Shown: positions 24,055 through 38,257, numbered from the whole stretch's first letter. The stretch: 63,281 bases of DNA, filler included, from Globobulimina sp. (GCA_003354225.1; 29 parts of 29 records of this genome joined end to end with filler, not necessarily neighbours in it), one strand, 5' to 3'. The notes: a model not told the origin generated them from the letters alone. Numbers and translations are program-made.

Positions 24055-26014
24055 TCTACGTGTCTGAGACGAACATAGCTTACGGGACGTACTTCATATC
24101 GATTGCAAACGCGGTCGTTATTATTTTTTTTGACAATATTTACGGCATTTTCGCAGAGAAATTGAACGAATGGGAAAATTATAAAACGGAGACTGAGTAT
24201 GAAAATAATTTGATTATTAAGATCTTTATATTTCGCTTTATTAACTCCTATGCCACGTTGTATTACATCTGCTTTTTCCGGCGCTACGAGTCCAGTTCGT
24301 CGCCGTTGTATTGCGATGCGGAGGATTGCATGGAAGACCTTGCTGGTATTTTATACACAATTTACCTACAAAAGCAACACATAATTTGTTTTTTTTGTGT
24401 ACGTAAACAGCGCAATTAGGGACAATATTTATCACTCAATTGACAGTATCCAATGCCATCGAACTCGGTGGACTCGCAGTGGCGCGCTGTGCCAAAGGCG
24501 TCGTGACATCCTACTTCACCGAGAACGAGAAAGACTGGATTTGGGCGCAATATTCGTCTGAAATCTATGAGCGAACCTTCGATGACTATTGCGAGATATT
24601 GGTGGCGTTCGGCTACGCCACGTTATTCGTCATCGCCTTCCCCTTGGCGCCACTCGCGGCCTTTGTAGGCTGTGTGGTGGAAGCACGCATTGATGGGTAC
24701 AAATTGTGCAAATTGACGCGTCGGCCCTTCCCGCGCCAAGCGGATGACGTCGGGACTTGGCAATTGGCGATGGAAGTGATGGGATGGAGTGTGTTGGTGA
24801 CGAATCTGTTTATTATCTGCTTTGCCGCTGAAGATCTGGACCTTCCCTTAGGAATCGACGATACCTATTTCCAGGAAACGCTCACCGCCCTGATCTTGTT
24901 TGCGATTCTGTTCATCGCCGTGACGTGTTTGAATTACTGCGTTGCCGCCAGGCCGCATTCGATCGATGTGCACGTTCAGCGGCAGGACCATCTCGAAAAG
25001 CACACGAAAGAGATCGGCAACGGCATCGACCGGTATTTGGACGGGCTGCGACACGACGAGCTGACCGGTTGGAAGCAGTGGAGTCCGCAGAAAGTGGATA
25101 AAGATATGAGTTCGCTGATCGAGGCCAATGAGATGGAGAATTTCCTGTATTTCAGCATTGTGGTTTATATTAAAGGCAGGTATGACAACGTGCAGTTGCC
25201 GAAGAAGTCGGATAAAAGGTTTCGAAGTGGGATATTGGCGCCGTTACAGAGATGGATGTTAAAGTACAAGGTGTCGCATCATGGCCTCACTTTTGATGAA
25301 TTTGACCGGTATTTCCCGAGTTGGCTCCGTGAGTATTATCGGGAAGTCAGTGCGGTGGAAGCTGGCCAGGGGTCCAATTATCGAACCCTTCGAGGTGGCA
25401 ATATTGATGATGATGATGAGGCGACGGGGAGCTCATCGAAACATATTTCAGCCAAAGTAAGTAGTAATAAATCAAAAAAGGCAAAATTAGGGAAAATCTT
25501 AGGTGCGAATCTGAATATATTTGGTGGCGGACATGATGGCAGCGGCTCAGAATCGGAAGAAACTTATTATAATTTTGGTATCGTAAATCATGAGAATTGG
25601 AGCCAGCAATCGGTTGATTGGGAGAAGAAATTGGACTCTGTGGCGCATGCCATCAATAAGACGGATACTGCGACGAGAAAGAAAATATGGGATAAATTTG
25701 ATCGGCGCAAAGTTGAAAAATTGGATTGTGATAAATCGTTATCTCGGTTGATATATTCGTTGATTGCCTTATATGTGAAAACCAAAAATAGAGAGGCAAA
25801 ACCTCCGAAATTCAATTTATTGCAACCATTATTACAATCCATTTGTGCGGATATCAAATTAATGATAAATACGGACAGCGGCGATCCCAATCAAAATTTA
25901 AATTATATCACAAAACACGAGTTTCAAACGCATATTTCGCTTTATTTGAAGAAAATTGCCCATCACAGAAAGCAATTACGGAGGCAACAGAAAAGGAAAC
26001 CAGTTGTTAAATAA
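24055..26014 (+). CDS. Anoctamin/TMEM16 family protein, 5'-partial, with a long C-terminal extension
   Basis: LNEWENYKTETEYENNLIIKIFIFRFINSY, FDDYCEILVAFGYATLF..AFPLAP and EARIDGYKL...RRP; intron 24346-24410. Confidence 0.92.
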
Positions 26015-26791
26015 TTATAACTTCACAGTGTCTAAGTATAATAGCTACTATTTTTATTTTAAAGTGAAATTAAATGTCACTTTTTTGTTTGTCACTGCGA
26101 TAAATAAGTACTGCAACAAAGCTCCTTTGAAATAGATTTANNNNNNNNNNNNNNNNNNNNNNNNNNNNNNNNNNNNNNNNNNNNTTAATTAATTAANNNN
26201 NNNNNNNNNNNNNNNNNNNNNNNNNNNNNNNNNNNNNNNNTGAGAATATTATTCATTCGGATCATGATATTGCTGCTCAGGAATTGTTGAAAATCGTCAA
26301 GTATTTATATAGGGAGGAATATGTAATACGGAATGAATATGTGTTTAAAGATCGGATAAATTGTATTTGGGACATTAGTAAGAGTGACAAAAGGATGCAC
26401 AGCATTCATAGAGAGAAAGCAAATGGAAATGAATTGAATATGACATATGCCTATTATTTGCTTGGTAAACGCAACATTTGTGAGTTGTGGGAGTTATTGA
26501 CACCTTGTGCTGTCCAGTTGGGATACAGTGTTTATAACAATATTAGTTGTAGTCGGTCATATTGATCCAAGACCGGAAAATACACCAAAAATTAAGTAAT
26601 AAATTGTCCAATCAAAAATGATATTTCCACTAATTAAAATATGTTGGAATTCACATCCATCCCATATGTTTTTTGGCGTTGATTTCAATTCACAAAAGTG
26701 TTCCTAAACGGACTCACTGTAGTTTTTGAGATGACAGGCGAGTTTAAATGACACTAACGTACGTCTTGGATATGAAGCAATCAACAGTGTT

Positions 26792-28140
26792 TCAAGGCAA
26801 ATTAATCCATATTTGATCAACACTTATATTATATTGCAATATCCATTCGATAACTTGTTTTCTTGCATTACCTTTTCGAGAATGCAGAAATATATCGCCA
26901 TCTTCATAGTTATTATGCTGATTCATTCTATATTTATGTTCAGAAACTAATAAAATTGGAGGAAATTGCCTTTCGCCAAATGGGTATCCCCATTTATCCA
27001 ATGAACCCCAATAACAATTGTTATGTTGTTTTACTATTTTAAATTGTAAACATTCCTTGCCATAGAATTCATACTCCTCATCGTTTCTGCTTTTATTCAT
27101 TAAATTGTCGACTGACACATTAATTAGTCTCACACTCATAAATCAGCCATGCAGTTAATGATAAAATGAATAACAACTGCAACAAGCAATATTTGTGAGT
27201 GTGAACACACCGTATTACCTAAAGCGGGCAACGTATTGTTTCTTTTTAAAAAAGCAAGATTTGCATAGAATAATATTACATCTTGCAATACGACTTGATC
27301 ATAACCAAAAAATAATGAATATTCCCGATGATGTAAACTTGATTTTATTCTATCAAAAAGCTGTTGTAATTTTGGTTACATTAATAAGTGTGTATACTGC
27401 GAATATTTGCTATCATTCCAATGTGATACAATATCCATATCCTTGCTATTTTTCTGCAGTAGAGACTCGTGATAATTATTATGATTATTATTTAAAAACA
27501 TTATGCCGGAATTAAATGTATATTTTAAATCTTGACCAATAAATGTCACCTCATTATCAAATGTTTTTTTATCAATGTTATATAGCATTGAAATATCCGA
27601 TAAAATAGATTCCAATGTACGATTATAAAACGTTTCCGGTGGAATTGCAACATCGATATCCAGATACAACAGCCATTTGGGTGAATATCTTAAAATCGCA
27701 TATTCCAAACAATAAATTCCAAATGTTTTCATTAACACAAATCTTTGTTGACTCCATTGATAGTTATTTTCATTTAAAAATGATAAGACATGATTTTTAT
27801 TAAAAATATCAAATTTATAACAATAATTATTTTTTTTTGCATAGTCACGAACGGTAATGATCCACGGATGTGACCACTTAAACATATCTCTTATTTCCCA
27901 ATCATTGCCAATCGCACATTGATATATTAAATATTCACATTTCTTATTCAATATGCGATTGCTATCGATATCATTCTTTTGTAAGTGGTTTGTGGCATTA
28001 AACTGCAGGTGTTTTGGTATTGAATTGTCAATTATTTTGATGGTTGATGGTACGAACAATATACCAAACAATTCCACAATTCCAACAGTTATAATCACAA
28101 AGATGGTTAAAAATACTGTTGATAAAAGCAATTTTGCCAT
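26792..28140 (-). CDS. Type II Golgi glycosyltransferase (GT34-like) with one in-frame TAA at 27376-27378
   Basis: N-terminal TM, WLLYLDIDV (DxD) and FNSGIMF; the frame continues past the TAA to GYDQVVLQD; a later intron joins the 26792-27139 ORF. Confidence 0.65.
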
Positions 28141-28544
28141 GATGGATGAAACTATGATCAGTTTAGGACTGGGCTGTAAAAAAACTTTATTAATCAATAT
28201 TTGTGAAACAGTTTTATTTCCATCAATATCTGTGAAACGTGTGATGCCATTTATGGTAATGTTCAACCCATATTAACGCCTTTTTGATAGTATTTATTAT
28301 TTTAGTAATGTTTGTTTTAAAATAAANNNNNNNNNNNNNNNNNNNNNNNNNNNNNNNNNNNNNNNNNNNNTTAATTAATTAANNNNNNNNNNNNNNNNNN
28401 NNNNNNNNNNNNNNNNNNNNNNNNNNCAATCCAATACAATCAACTTTATCTGAATACACAACAAAGAAATCCAAACAAATAACAGTGTGATTTGTGATCC
28501 ATACCAATTTTCCATAATTTTTGTTATCATACAGAAATTCAATC

Positions 28545-28650
28545 TAATTAGACTAATCGATATAATCTATATTTAAAATCTATCGATATAATTAGACTAA
28601 TCGACTTTGTAACTTGTTTAAAATCTATATTTATTAATTAGACTAATCGA
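28545..28650. repeat. Three copies of TAATTAGACTAATCGA at about 45-bp period
   Basis: Exact 16-mers at 28545, 28589 and 28635. Confidence 0.85.
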
Positions 28651-28874
28651 ATACTGTAAATGTTTAGTTTCGTTTCGTTTCATTTCAACGATAAATTCAG
28701 ATAGATAAGCCCCCCCCTGTATACCGAATATTTCTCGAACCGAAACTAAGCCAAAAAAGTTAAATCATACGTGGCTGTACACAAACAATTCCGAATAATT
28801 ATATACAACAAAAACAAACTACAATTTATGCACCAAGCATCAATAAATACAACGTACATTGTTTACGCAACGTC

Positions 28875-30512
28875 CTATTTCCTCAAAGATTGCGATCTAA
28901 AAATATTTCCACGAACTTTGACCGTGACTTTGCTTTCGTCGATAAAATCTGTTTCTTTCAAGTTAATCCCCAATCTAAACGTAATTATCATTTGCAAAAA
29001 ATGATGAATTGCTGGTTGTTGATTATGTAATAAAACTCGATCATAAAATGTTTTAAAATCAACTTTTTCCTCATCAGATTTAAACATCACATTACAAAAA
29101 GTCCCCATCTCTTTGTCATACATTGCATATTTATCATCCTCCAGCAATCCATCCCCATCCTCATCATTCCAATGCAAATTTACATCTTTCGATCTTTCAT
29201 AAGCATCGACAATATATTGCTTAATTATACTTTGTTCCATTGAGATATTAACGCCATCGAACATTATCCGCGCACCGTCCTCGATGCGTGACTCAACGAA
29301 ACAAACCGAAACACCCACTAAGAAATCTTCAAAACCTATTTTTTTATCTTTTATTTTCTCATAATCCATATATTCGTCCATCATTTCCAAATCATTCTCA
29401 TTCCAAATTGATTTGGTATTAAATAATCGGAATAAGTTCTTCATTCCATTCGTATGCGGATCGCGTTTAAATCCACGACAAAATTCAATATAATCAAGAA
29501 AACCGTCATTATTTGCATCTAATTCATTAAATTTATCGCATAATTTTGTAACTGTTCGCGTTCGAAACAATAGCATTTCAGTCACGTCTTCCATTACAAA
29601 TTTCGCAGTGTCAAAGTTGGAATCTTTGCCTCGCGAATGTTGCAACAATATATAATCACTTAAACTGTGCTCAGTTGATACTACACCTAATTTCGTCACA
29701 ATTTGCTTTCGAACATGATCAGCATACAACAATGGATTATGTTTCTCGTCCTCTGTTGGAATGTAAACATTTAAAAAATCGCAAGTTACAAAATTGACAA
29801 ATTGACACATTCCATAAAAGATTTCAAACAGCGCGGAGGGAGTAACAAATGACAAATCCGAATGTGAATTCCAATACCAATCGATTGCAACGGGTTGGAC
29901 TGCCAACCCTGATAAGAACGCGCCTTTTTTGAAGGTTGTGATGCAGCCAATCTCTGAACACACGCCTTGTGGGAAAATAACAAGTGGCGGCAACCGCGAA
30001 TCAGAAACATGATTCACTGCATATTGACATTCATGACATATGCAAATAAAAAAAGTAATGAAAGTATATAGTTACAAAACATATTTGCTGCACAGCTTTT
30101 CGCCGGCCATGTTTAGCGATTCTGTCAATCCAAATTGTTTGGAATGCGTCGGCAATTCTGCCCGTTAATGGAATCGCTCTATTTTCAATTTTCGAGGCTG
30201 CAGTGCCTTTGCATAGCCACCATAATAAAAAGCCGTCAAAAACGGTATGATGGTTGGCAACGATAATGCGCGTTTTTGATTTTCTGAATTTGTTAATATC
30301 GCTAGTCGAGATCCAATAGAATCCCATTATGAATAAACAGATTCTGACTAATAAATACATGATCCATTGGAAGGGTTTCCGCCAACATGATAAAGGTTGG
30401 CGTAAATTTTTATTGCAACATGTCACAGGAATTGAAAACAAATATAATAATAGTATTATGATCAAAAATAATATGAATCGCACAATTACAATTCCGGTAA
30501 TTACCATAATAA
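28875..30512 (-). CDS. Lysophospholipid acyltransferase (LPCAT-like) with EF-hand C-terminus, 5'-partial
   Basis: IVANHHTVFD, IFPQG, FKKGAF...VQPV and DANNDGFLDYIEF; intron about 30018-30080. Confidence 0.88.
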
Positions 30513-30612
30513 NNNNNNNNNNNNNNNNNNNNNNNNNNNNNNNNNNNNNNNNNNNNTTAATTAATTAANNNNNNNNNNNNNNNNNNNNNNNNNNNNNNNN
30601 NNNNNNNNNNNN

Positions 30613-31089
30613 TTATCGATTTGGCTTTGTTTTGGCGGCCATGACGAATATTTATTTATTTGCGTTTGTTTGGATGTATTTTTATTTGCAAATGGTACAA
30701 ATGATGGAGCCAATATTGCTTCATCCTTTGACTCATATTCGTCATATTCGTCATCATCGGGTTGGTCATATTCCTCTTCTTGTTGTTGACTGGTAATATT
30801 TTGATTAATTCTATATGTAATTATGTATTTTTGTTTGATAGGAGCAAGGATTCGGATTTTTGTTTGATAAAAAACATACATGTTTTAACTTTTTAGCTTT
30901 TTCAAAATTAATCATATTTGAGACTTTTGATAAATCTATCAATTGATTCGAATGTGATTTCTTATAAAATTGTAAATCTCGATTAAATGCATCGACCAAT
31001 GCCGAATCATCCCATGCGTCTGCACCTAATGACAACAAATTTGTTTCATAATCAAGTTCTTCTGATTCCGATTCTTCATTCACTGCCAT
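30613..31089 (-). CDS. SMN: Survival motor neuron (SMN)-like protein, 3'-partial
   Basis: DAWDDSALVDAF matches the SMN Gemin2-binding motif (WDDTALIKAY). Confidence 0.7.
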
Positions 31090-31375
31090 TTGAGTGAGAG
31101 CTTATTTTGTTTTTGAGTGCTTACAAAAACTGCACGGAGATTTTAGGGAAAAAATAAAATAAAAGCCACACAACACTCACATAGTGCATAGACAGGTATT
31201 TCGGAGTTATAATTACCAGAAGTAGTAGTTAGTGCTCTTATATCATGGATCTCATCAAAGTTTCGCGAACAAGTTTCAAACAAATAAATTACAAACTAAC
31301 CAAAGCGTACAATAAGCACAGTCTGAAACATGCAGATATGATATGTATTACATTTAGATACATTCTATAAAGCAA

Positions 31376-32233
31376 TTACAAGATAACTCCATTTTGTTGG
31401 TCTTCAGCCAGGAGATCACCAGGTAACTTGCATAAATGTTGTTTCAGGTAACTTGCATAAAAACTTTGAGTGAGCAGTCCCATCATTGCTAACCAAAGAC
31501 CTATCCATTCAAATATTGAGGCATTCTCATCAACACTACATCCTCCGCGATATTTTATTGCCTTCCACATAATAAAGCATACAAATGATGCAACTGGACA
31601 TAGAAACGAATAACCAATAGTTAAATATTCATGATATCGGAATCTTACATTCCGTTTCTTTGAATATTTTATCCAATGTATTCCGTCCATTATCTGTCCA
31701 ATCAGCAACATGATAATCCCAACTATTGCACCTGTATTATGTATGACATGTTTCCATCGCTCTGATTCTTTAGTTTGTATTGGAAAGATTGTCATTGAAA
31801 TAAAAGATATAGAACCAATGATAAACACTATCAGAATGCTTGGCGGATATCGGCATTTCCTGCAAAACTTGTTCATCAACGAATATTTGATCACTGCCAC
31901 ACAAAATATGCAAATCACCGCTGAGATAAAACCAGTTACAAATAACCATCGATATTTATTTCCGATGGTACACTCAAATTGTTGGCCATTGACAAGTGTA
32001 TGATGTTTATAGTTTATTCTGTGTAGAAATGCAAGGCGTGCTGCCCAGTTTTGGTCATTAACAAATCCGGATGCGGTTTGAATGTGTGCTCCAAGTATAG
32101 ATACATCCCATTGATGCATTTCAGAAATTGTTTGCCCGTTTAACCAGCCAGAACCATACGTTGCTATCAAAATGAATGAAATTGCGCAAAATGGAAGAAC
32201 AGTCAGCAATGATAGTAAATGTTTTGGATTCAT
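31376..32233 (-). CDS. Six-TM membrane protein, Frag1/DRAM/Sfk1-like
   Basis: TISE motif after TM1, HNTGA in TM4, FEW near the last TM. Confidence 0.55.
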   Translation of the reverse strand: MNPKHLLSLLTVLPFCAISFILIATYGSGWLNGQTISEMHQWDVSILGAHIQTASGFVNDQNWAARLAFLHRINYKHHTLVNGQQFECTIGNKYRWLFVTGFISAVICIFCVAVIKYSLMNKFCRKCRYPPSILIVFIIGSISFISMTIFPIQTKESERWKHVIHNTGAIVGIIMLLIGQIMDGIHWIKYSKKRNVRFRYHEYLTIGYSFLCPVASFVCFIMWKAIKYRGGCSVDENASIFEWIGLWLAMMGLLTQSFYASYLKQHLCKLPGDLLAEDQQNGVIL

Positions 32234-33699
32234 TGAGTTATAATTCGATCGATCAAAATGTGGAGATTGTAAATGACGGTGAATTGATGTTATAAATATC
32301 TAAAAATAAATGAATTATGACACAATTATGATATGGTTGTAGCTGTAGTTAGTTTAATATTCATTTTGTTAGCACTTTTCATGGATTTTTAAAATTTATC
32401 ATTTTATGATTTTTTTCACTTTTACGGCTTTTGGACAAATAAAAAACATCGTTTCTAAATCAAATAATATCAATTTTGCAATAATTTGCATTTTAGTTTT
32501 ATTCCAACTTGCACTGTATATGATACTTTTTTTTTCAAAGCAATTAATACAATTTTGTGAATACCACATATGGCCAATAAAAAGCCACTGCAGACACAAC
32601 TATTGAGCTAATGTCCGATCACCAAAATTAAAATTAGCTCAATAGTTATGTCTGTTCTAAGCTTTTAATTGCAATGATTCATATATTGATAGCTTTTNNN
32701 NNNNNNNNNNNNNNNNNNNNNNNNNNNNNNNNNNNNNNNNNTTAATTAATTAANNNNNNNNNNNNNNNNNNNNNNNNNNNNNNNNNNNNNNNNNNNNTAT
32801 TTATAAGATTTTATTTCTTATAAATATAGCGATTTCGTCATTTATATGTCCATTTATAAGAAACACCCTCATTTATATGTCATTTATATATGAAAAAGCC
32901 ATTTATATATGGAAAAAAAGCCATTTATATAGTATTTACATGAAATATTCCAAGAATAGCTCATGGTCCAAATTAAATGTATCTCAATTTAAATCAGAAT
33001 ATAATTATGCAAAATTGATATTATTTAATAATAAACATATACATCTGTTGAGTATGGCACGTTGTTTACTGTTTATTGTGTTAAGTATGGAAGAGAAAGA
33101 GAATATGTTCTCGATGATTTTATTGGTTATGAGAAAAGTAATGATATTTTTTAGTGGAATAATAGACGTAGAAAGACAAAATGTGATAAAAAAATAGATG
33201 ATAAATGCACGAAGAGAAAGTATGTTAACATCGAAATTGGATATGATACTCAGAATATATTGTAACAGTCCAAAGAGAGATTTTTTTTTTCCAAGGGTGT
33301 GGGACAAAAATAAGATGAATGAATTAATTAATAACTTATATTCATAATTATTACATACAAATCAAAAGACGCTCTCGAAGGCCTAAGCCTAATGAGTGCG
33401 GTTTAGAGCTTGCAAGCTTATAACTCCTTATAAGCTTGAGATCTAATAAAAATGCAAAAGAAATCAAAAAATTCAAACAAACTTGTTCAGAATAAAATGT
33501 TTTTCAAAAACTTTGCTAAATAAACAAAACGTGTTTTTATAAGGGCAACCATGGAAAAGCCTAACAAAGGGCAAACAAAAAGGAAAACGTATATAGGAAT
33601 AAAGAAAATACTCAAATTATCAAAATACATTGGATATGAATTATAAATATAAATATTAAATATGTATACAAGATAGAAACGATATTACCTCAATTCAAT

Positions 33700-34882
33700 T
33701 CATCTAAAATGCTTTAGTCGCCCCGTCTGAGTCACAAATACCACTATTGATTGTAGGATTATTTTACGGTGTTTCCATCGCATATCGCTCGGCGGGAATA
33801 GCAGAGTCTTTAGTTCAATGGTCCAATTTGCGACTTTATAATATCCAGAAATCTCATGCATTAAATGTCTGCGTGGTATGGCGTAATGTGTGCAATGTAA
33901 CAAATAATGTTCAACATCTTCAACAGCATCACAGTGCTTGCATCGTCCACTATGGTTTTCTTCACAACAGGTCGCGCGGCAAAATATATACTGAATATGT
34001 CCTTTGTTTAGGCGATTTTGCCGATTATAATATACTCGATGTTGCCGAATATGATTATATAGATTTAATAAAATATGCCCCGACCTCAATTGTAATAAAA
34101 TCATAGATTCGTATTGGATTAAAGATAATTCTTTTTTCGCATTAAAGTGTCGCATTATGTACCATTTCCATTTATAAATGTTATTGGATATCAAATGATT
34201 ATCTTTCAGTGTATGAATATTACGAGATTTAAGCATAGAAATAATGGAATTACGTGTCAATTTTTTTGCTATTTTCTCAGAAATAGGCAGAGAATTTATT
34301 TTATGTTTATTATGTTTATTATTAAAACAAATATGAGCTGCTTTCTTAGCGTGAATATCCGCGATCCGAATACCATGATTTGTATCGCGTTTGCATTTTT
34401 GGAATCGAATTATTATTTTATAGTTGGTATACAAATAATTAATGTTATAATGGATTTGTTTAATATAATTTATCAAAACATAGTCGTACGTTGCCTGCAA
34501 TTTTGCCACCCATAATAAGGCATTAATGTTATCAGAAATGATGTGAATATACCGAAAATTTCCCCTGATTTGGATAACATCATTAAAATATGCGATAAAT
34601 GATGTTCAAAATCCGTCCAATGATTTGCTGTGTTCATCAGACTTTTGAGTGTCGGCACAGCTTTATATCATAAATTCAACTTACGTTTTGTAACATAGTT
34701 TTGCTTCAACGTAAGTTTTATTGCAGAAATGATATCTGCGACACGATTATTTTCTATTTGGGAAAAACTTACGTTAATTCAAACCAACGTTGTCATCGCA
34801 GGAAATACTGTGTTAGTAAAAGCTCTACTTTTAGTAACAAAGTTTATTTTCTGTGACACAAAAAGTGTGCTGAAAACGAAAC
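33700..34882 (-). mobile_element. Non-LTR retrotransposon (LINE) 3' remnant: RNase H end plus C-terminal CCHC zinc knuckle
   Basis: IADIHAKKAA, LLQLRSGHILLN and CKHCDAVEDVEHYLLHC..Y...R; upstream frames are broken. Confidence 0.8.
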
Positions 34883-34982
34883 NNNNNNNNNNNNNNNNNN
34901 NNNNNNNNNNNNNNNNNNNNNNNNNNTTAATTAATTAANNNNNNNNNNNNNNNNNNNNNNNNNNNNNNNNNNNNNNNNNNNN

Positions 34983-36252
34983 GTGTTACAAATTGATTTT
35001 GTATAAGGACCGCTTGGCGCAGTTTGAGGTTCCAGTGTTTCAAGAATATCTTATCTTAATTTCGCCGGCTGTGCAGGTATTGATTTGTATACAGTTTCAG
35101 CTGACAAAGTAACGAACGTTTTCAATTTGAAATGCTTTTTTGTAGGAATTGATGCGGTGTGACAGTGAAGGCATGAATGGGCCGGGCTGCCCCGGTCAAA
35201 ATCTGCGGGCATTGCATGAAGAGATGATCGAGAAACAGACCGCTGGCGGGCCAGGACCTGGCTTTGTCAACGAAGAGGTGAACAGTGCCGGCGGCACAGT
35301 GACGTCGATTGCCTCTGTAACCTCTGTCAATTCGAGTGCTGGCCGACACAAATCATCATCGAGAAAGTCATCGGCTGCTTCTGCGTCGGCCTCGGTCTCC
35401 CATAACGATGAAATTGGCGATATTAACGATATTGACCATGTTGCATCAAATAATAGCAAACAGCATAAAAGTAACAAGAAAAAAAAGCGTAGACATAAGA
35501 AAAAATTGAGAGTGAAATCATACGATGATAGGTTTGATGCCGATGATTTAAAAGAAGAGTCGATAAATATAGCGATTACTGCCAGAGCCAAAACAAAAAA
35601 AAGAAAGAAATCGAAAGGTAATTTGAGCAGGAAAATGGATAAAAAAAAGAAAAGGAAAGAAAAGGAAAAGAAAAAAGCTGCAGAAAGGAAGGAGAAATTG
35701 AAGGAAAAGATAGAAAAGGCTCAAGAGGATTATTTGGAGCTGGATTTGGATGATATGGTGAGTTCCAGTTCGAGTTCGTCATCGTCGTCGGAAGAGGATT
35801 TTTTATTGTTATCCGATTCCGGCGGAGACATTCATAATGAGACCATATTGGAATATGCATTGGATGCAAAGGGCAAATACATAGAAAAAGATGGCATCTC
35901 CAACAATTTAGCAAATTATGTGGAATTAAAATTGGTCAAATACCCCGGCACCGGCGAGTTATATGTAGTGATCATCAAATTTGACGAAAAGAAAGATGCG
36001 ATGGAAGTATTTCGTTGTGATTTTGCGAAGTGTTTCAACATTGAAAAGAATCAAATTGAGGAAGATTTCAGCATTATGTTCGAACATATTACGTTGGTAT
36101 TTCGTGGCGATGGCTATGAGAAAGTGATGGAGATTTTAATTAATTTGCGTCTCTTTTTTGAGCAGCATTGCTCAAATATACAGCCGAAATTACCGCCACC
36201 GCCGGAACAAACAGTCACGGAGCAAATGAATATGTTCTTTGGCGGATTTTGA
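34983..36252 (+). CDS. Unknown protein, 5'-partial, Lys/Ser-rich with a globular C-terminal domain
   Basis: 367-aa ORF preceded by a probable intron; coding-like codon use. Confidence 0.6.
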
Positions 36253-36666
36253 GTAATATTAATTATATAATTATTGATTTTTGTGAATGACTTAATTTGA
36301 TTTTATGAATGATATCGATTTAATATTAATTTTTTTTGTTGTTGGAATTGAGCTGTTTGTTTTTTATTCACTCTTTCTAATTTTTTGTGTAGTTATTTTT
36401 TTTTGGGTTTTGGTAAATTAATAAATAATAAATGTGAAGGAAAATAATTACAAAACAAAATTGAACATATATAATGATAGTTGTTTGATTGGTTGGTTTC
36501 TACATGTTTTTAATTGTTACAATCTTTTATTAATTTCTATTTTCTTTTTTCGCGGGGTTTTTTTGCAATTTGGTCCACTTTCTGTTGATAACAATTAACA
36601 AACTAAGTTTCTGAGAGCCAATATTAAAAAAAAAAAGCCACCCAAATGAACTTCTAAGTATTCAAT

Positions 36667-37067
36667 TCAATTCAAAACAGGAACTTTATGTATTGATTTC
36701 CTTTGAATATAGTCAAAATTAACAAACGCTCTTTCAACAAACTGAAATGATTCAATTTTGTGTTGTATATTAAGCGACAAATCACATAATTGTTTATATT
36801 GGTTACATGTATTACAATTTCGATGAAGAAATCTTAATTCAATTAACATATTCCTACCAATAAAATATCCATTTAAACTATATTCTTTTATTTGTTTCTC
36901 ATATGTTGTTTTAAGAAATTGATGCAATACATTTAGATTACTTTCATCCGCTCTGACACCAATAAGTTTATTTGATTCCTCAATGCCAATGTTATACCAT
37001 GAATATATAATATATAATGAGATTAATAATCCACCTGTTCATATTCACGAAAGCGGAGATATATAAA
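36667..37067 (-). CDS. Cation diffusion facilitator (MTP-type) C-terminal fragment
   Basis: GGLLISLYIIYSW...LIG..A...IQHKIESFQFVERAFVNFDY matches the CDF tail KIE...VERAFVHxDY. Confidence 0.7.
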
Positions 37068-38257
37068 NNNNNNNNNNNNNNNNNNNNNNNNNNNNNNNNN
37101 NNNNNNNNNNNTTAATTAATTAANNNNNNNNNNNNNNNNNNNNNNNNNNNNNNNNNNNNNNNNNNNNAAAATCATGCTCTGACAGGATTTCAACAACCTT
37201 TTTGGTGACGCTGCTTTTTTTTATTGTTCAAGTCAAGAACCTTTTTTAGTTTTCACATTTAAATATCTCAATACTCTTCGCCAAATAACTCTAAAAATAT
37301 CTTTCTTAATTCTGGATCATAATTCTTTACAATTGCTGTTTTTTTAATTTAATTTTTTCCTTAACAGATACAAATAATAGAAATTTATGGCAAATCGTAT
37401 TTGGCAAATCCGATGTGGCAATCTATCAAAATGAGATCATTGGTGTTGTCACTGACTCACTGTTGTGTTGTTTTGTGATTTTTTTTGTTTTGTACATATT
37501 TGGTTTTGCGCATATTTTTGGTTCTGGTTTATGTTTATATGGTTTGGTTTTGGGTTTGGCAAACTAGGCAAACTAGGCAAACCTACGAAAAACGTTTTTT
37601 GTTTTTTCGTTGGTTTGTGGCATATTTTTTGGTTTGGTCTGTGCCCGGCCCGTCGACCGGGTTTGTTACCCTTTTCAAAACTTCACGCCACGACTCACCA
37701 CACACACACACACCATGCTCCCCTCATCGCCGCTGCCCTATACTGTTTATAGATTATTCTGTTTATGGATTGGTTGTTTTAATGCATATTATCCCCTCAA
37801 CTTGCTGTGCTACAATGCCAGAAACGTTTCTTATGATCTATTCCGGATTTCGAAACGATGTACTATTTTTTGTTAAAAATCGTGAAAATCATGGCACAGT
37901 TGGTAACTTTTTTTCGGCATATTTTATTGGTTTAACTGCCATTTATCTTACTATTAAACAGTATATCATGCAACTTATTCTTATTTCACGATAAAATGTG
38001 CATTGTTGCATATCGCACCACAACTTATATTCATCACTTTAGCTCCACCATAATAATATCCCCTTTCAACGCATCACGTGCATCCATATCAAAATACAAA
38101 TAGTGTAGTCATAATATTAGTGTGTCAACCTGCCAGTTTATCACTGCAAATCACCGAAGTACTCCATAATATCTCCACACCATACATATAAGTACTGATT
38201 TTTTTAAAAACGTGTCAAACAGCATCTAAATTTCCGGCTAACTAACAAATGAACTAA

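Noticed and set aside
28545-28650. CRISPR-like array (16-bp repeat with 28-30-bp spacers)
   Set aside because: The repeat is too short, the spacers share TTTAAAATCTAT, there are no cas genes, and the context is eukaryotic.
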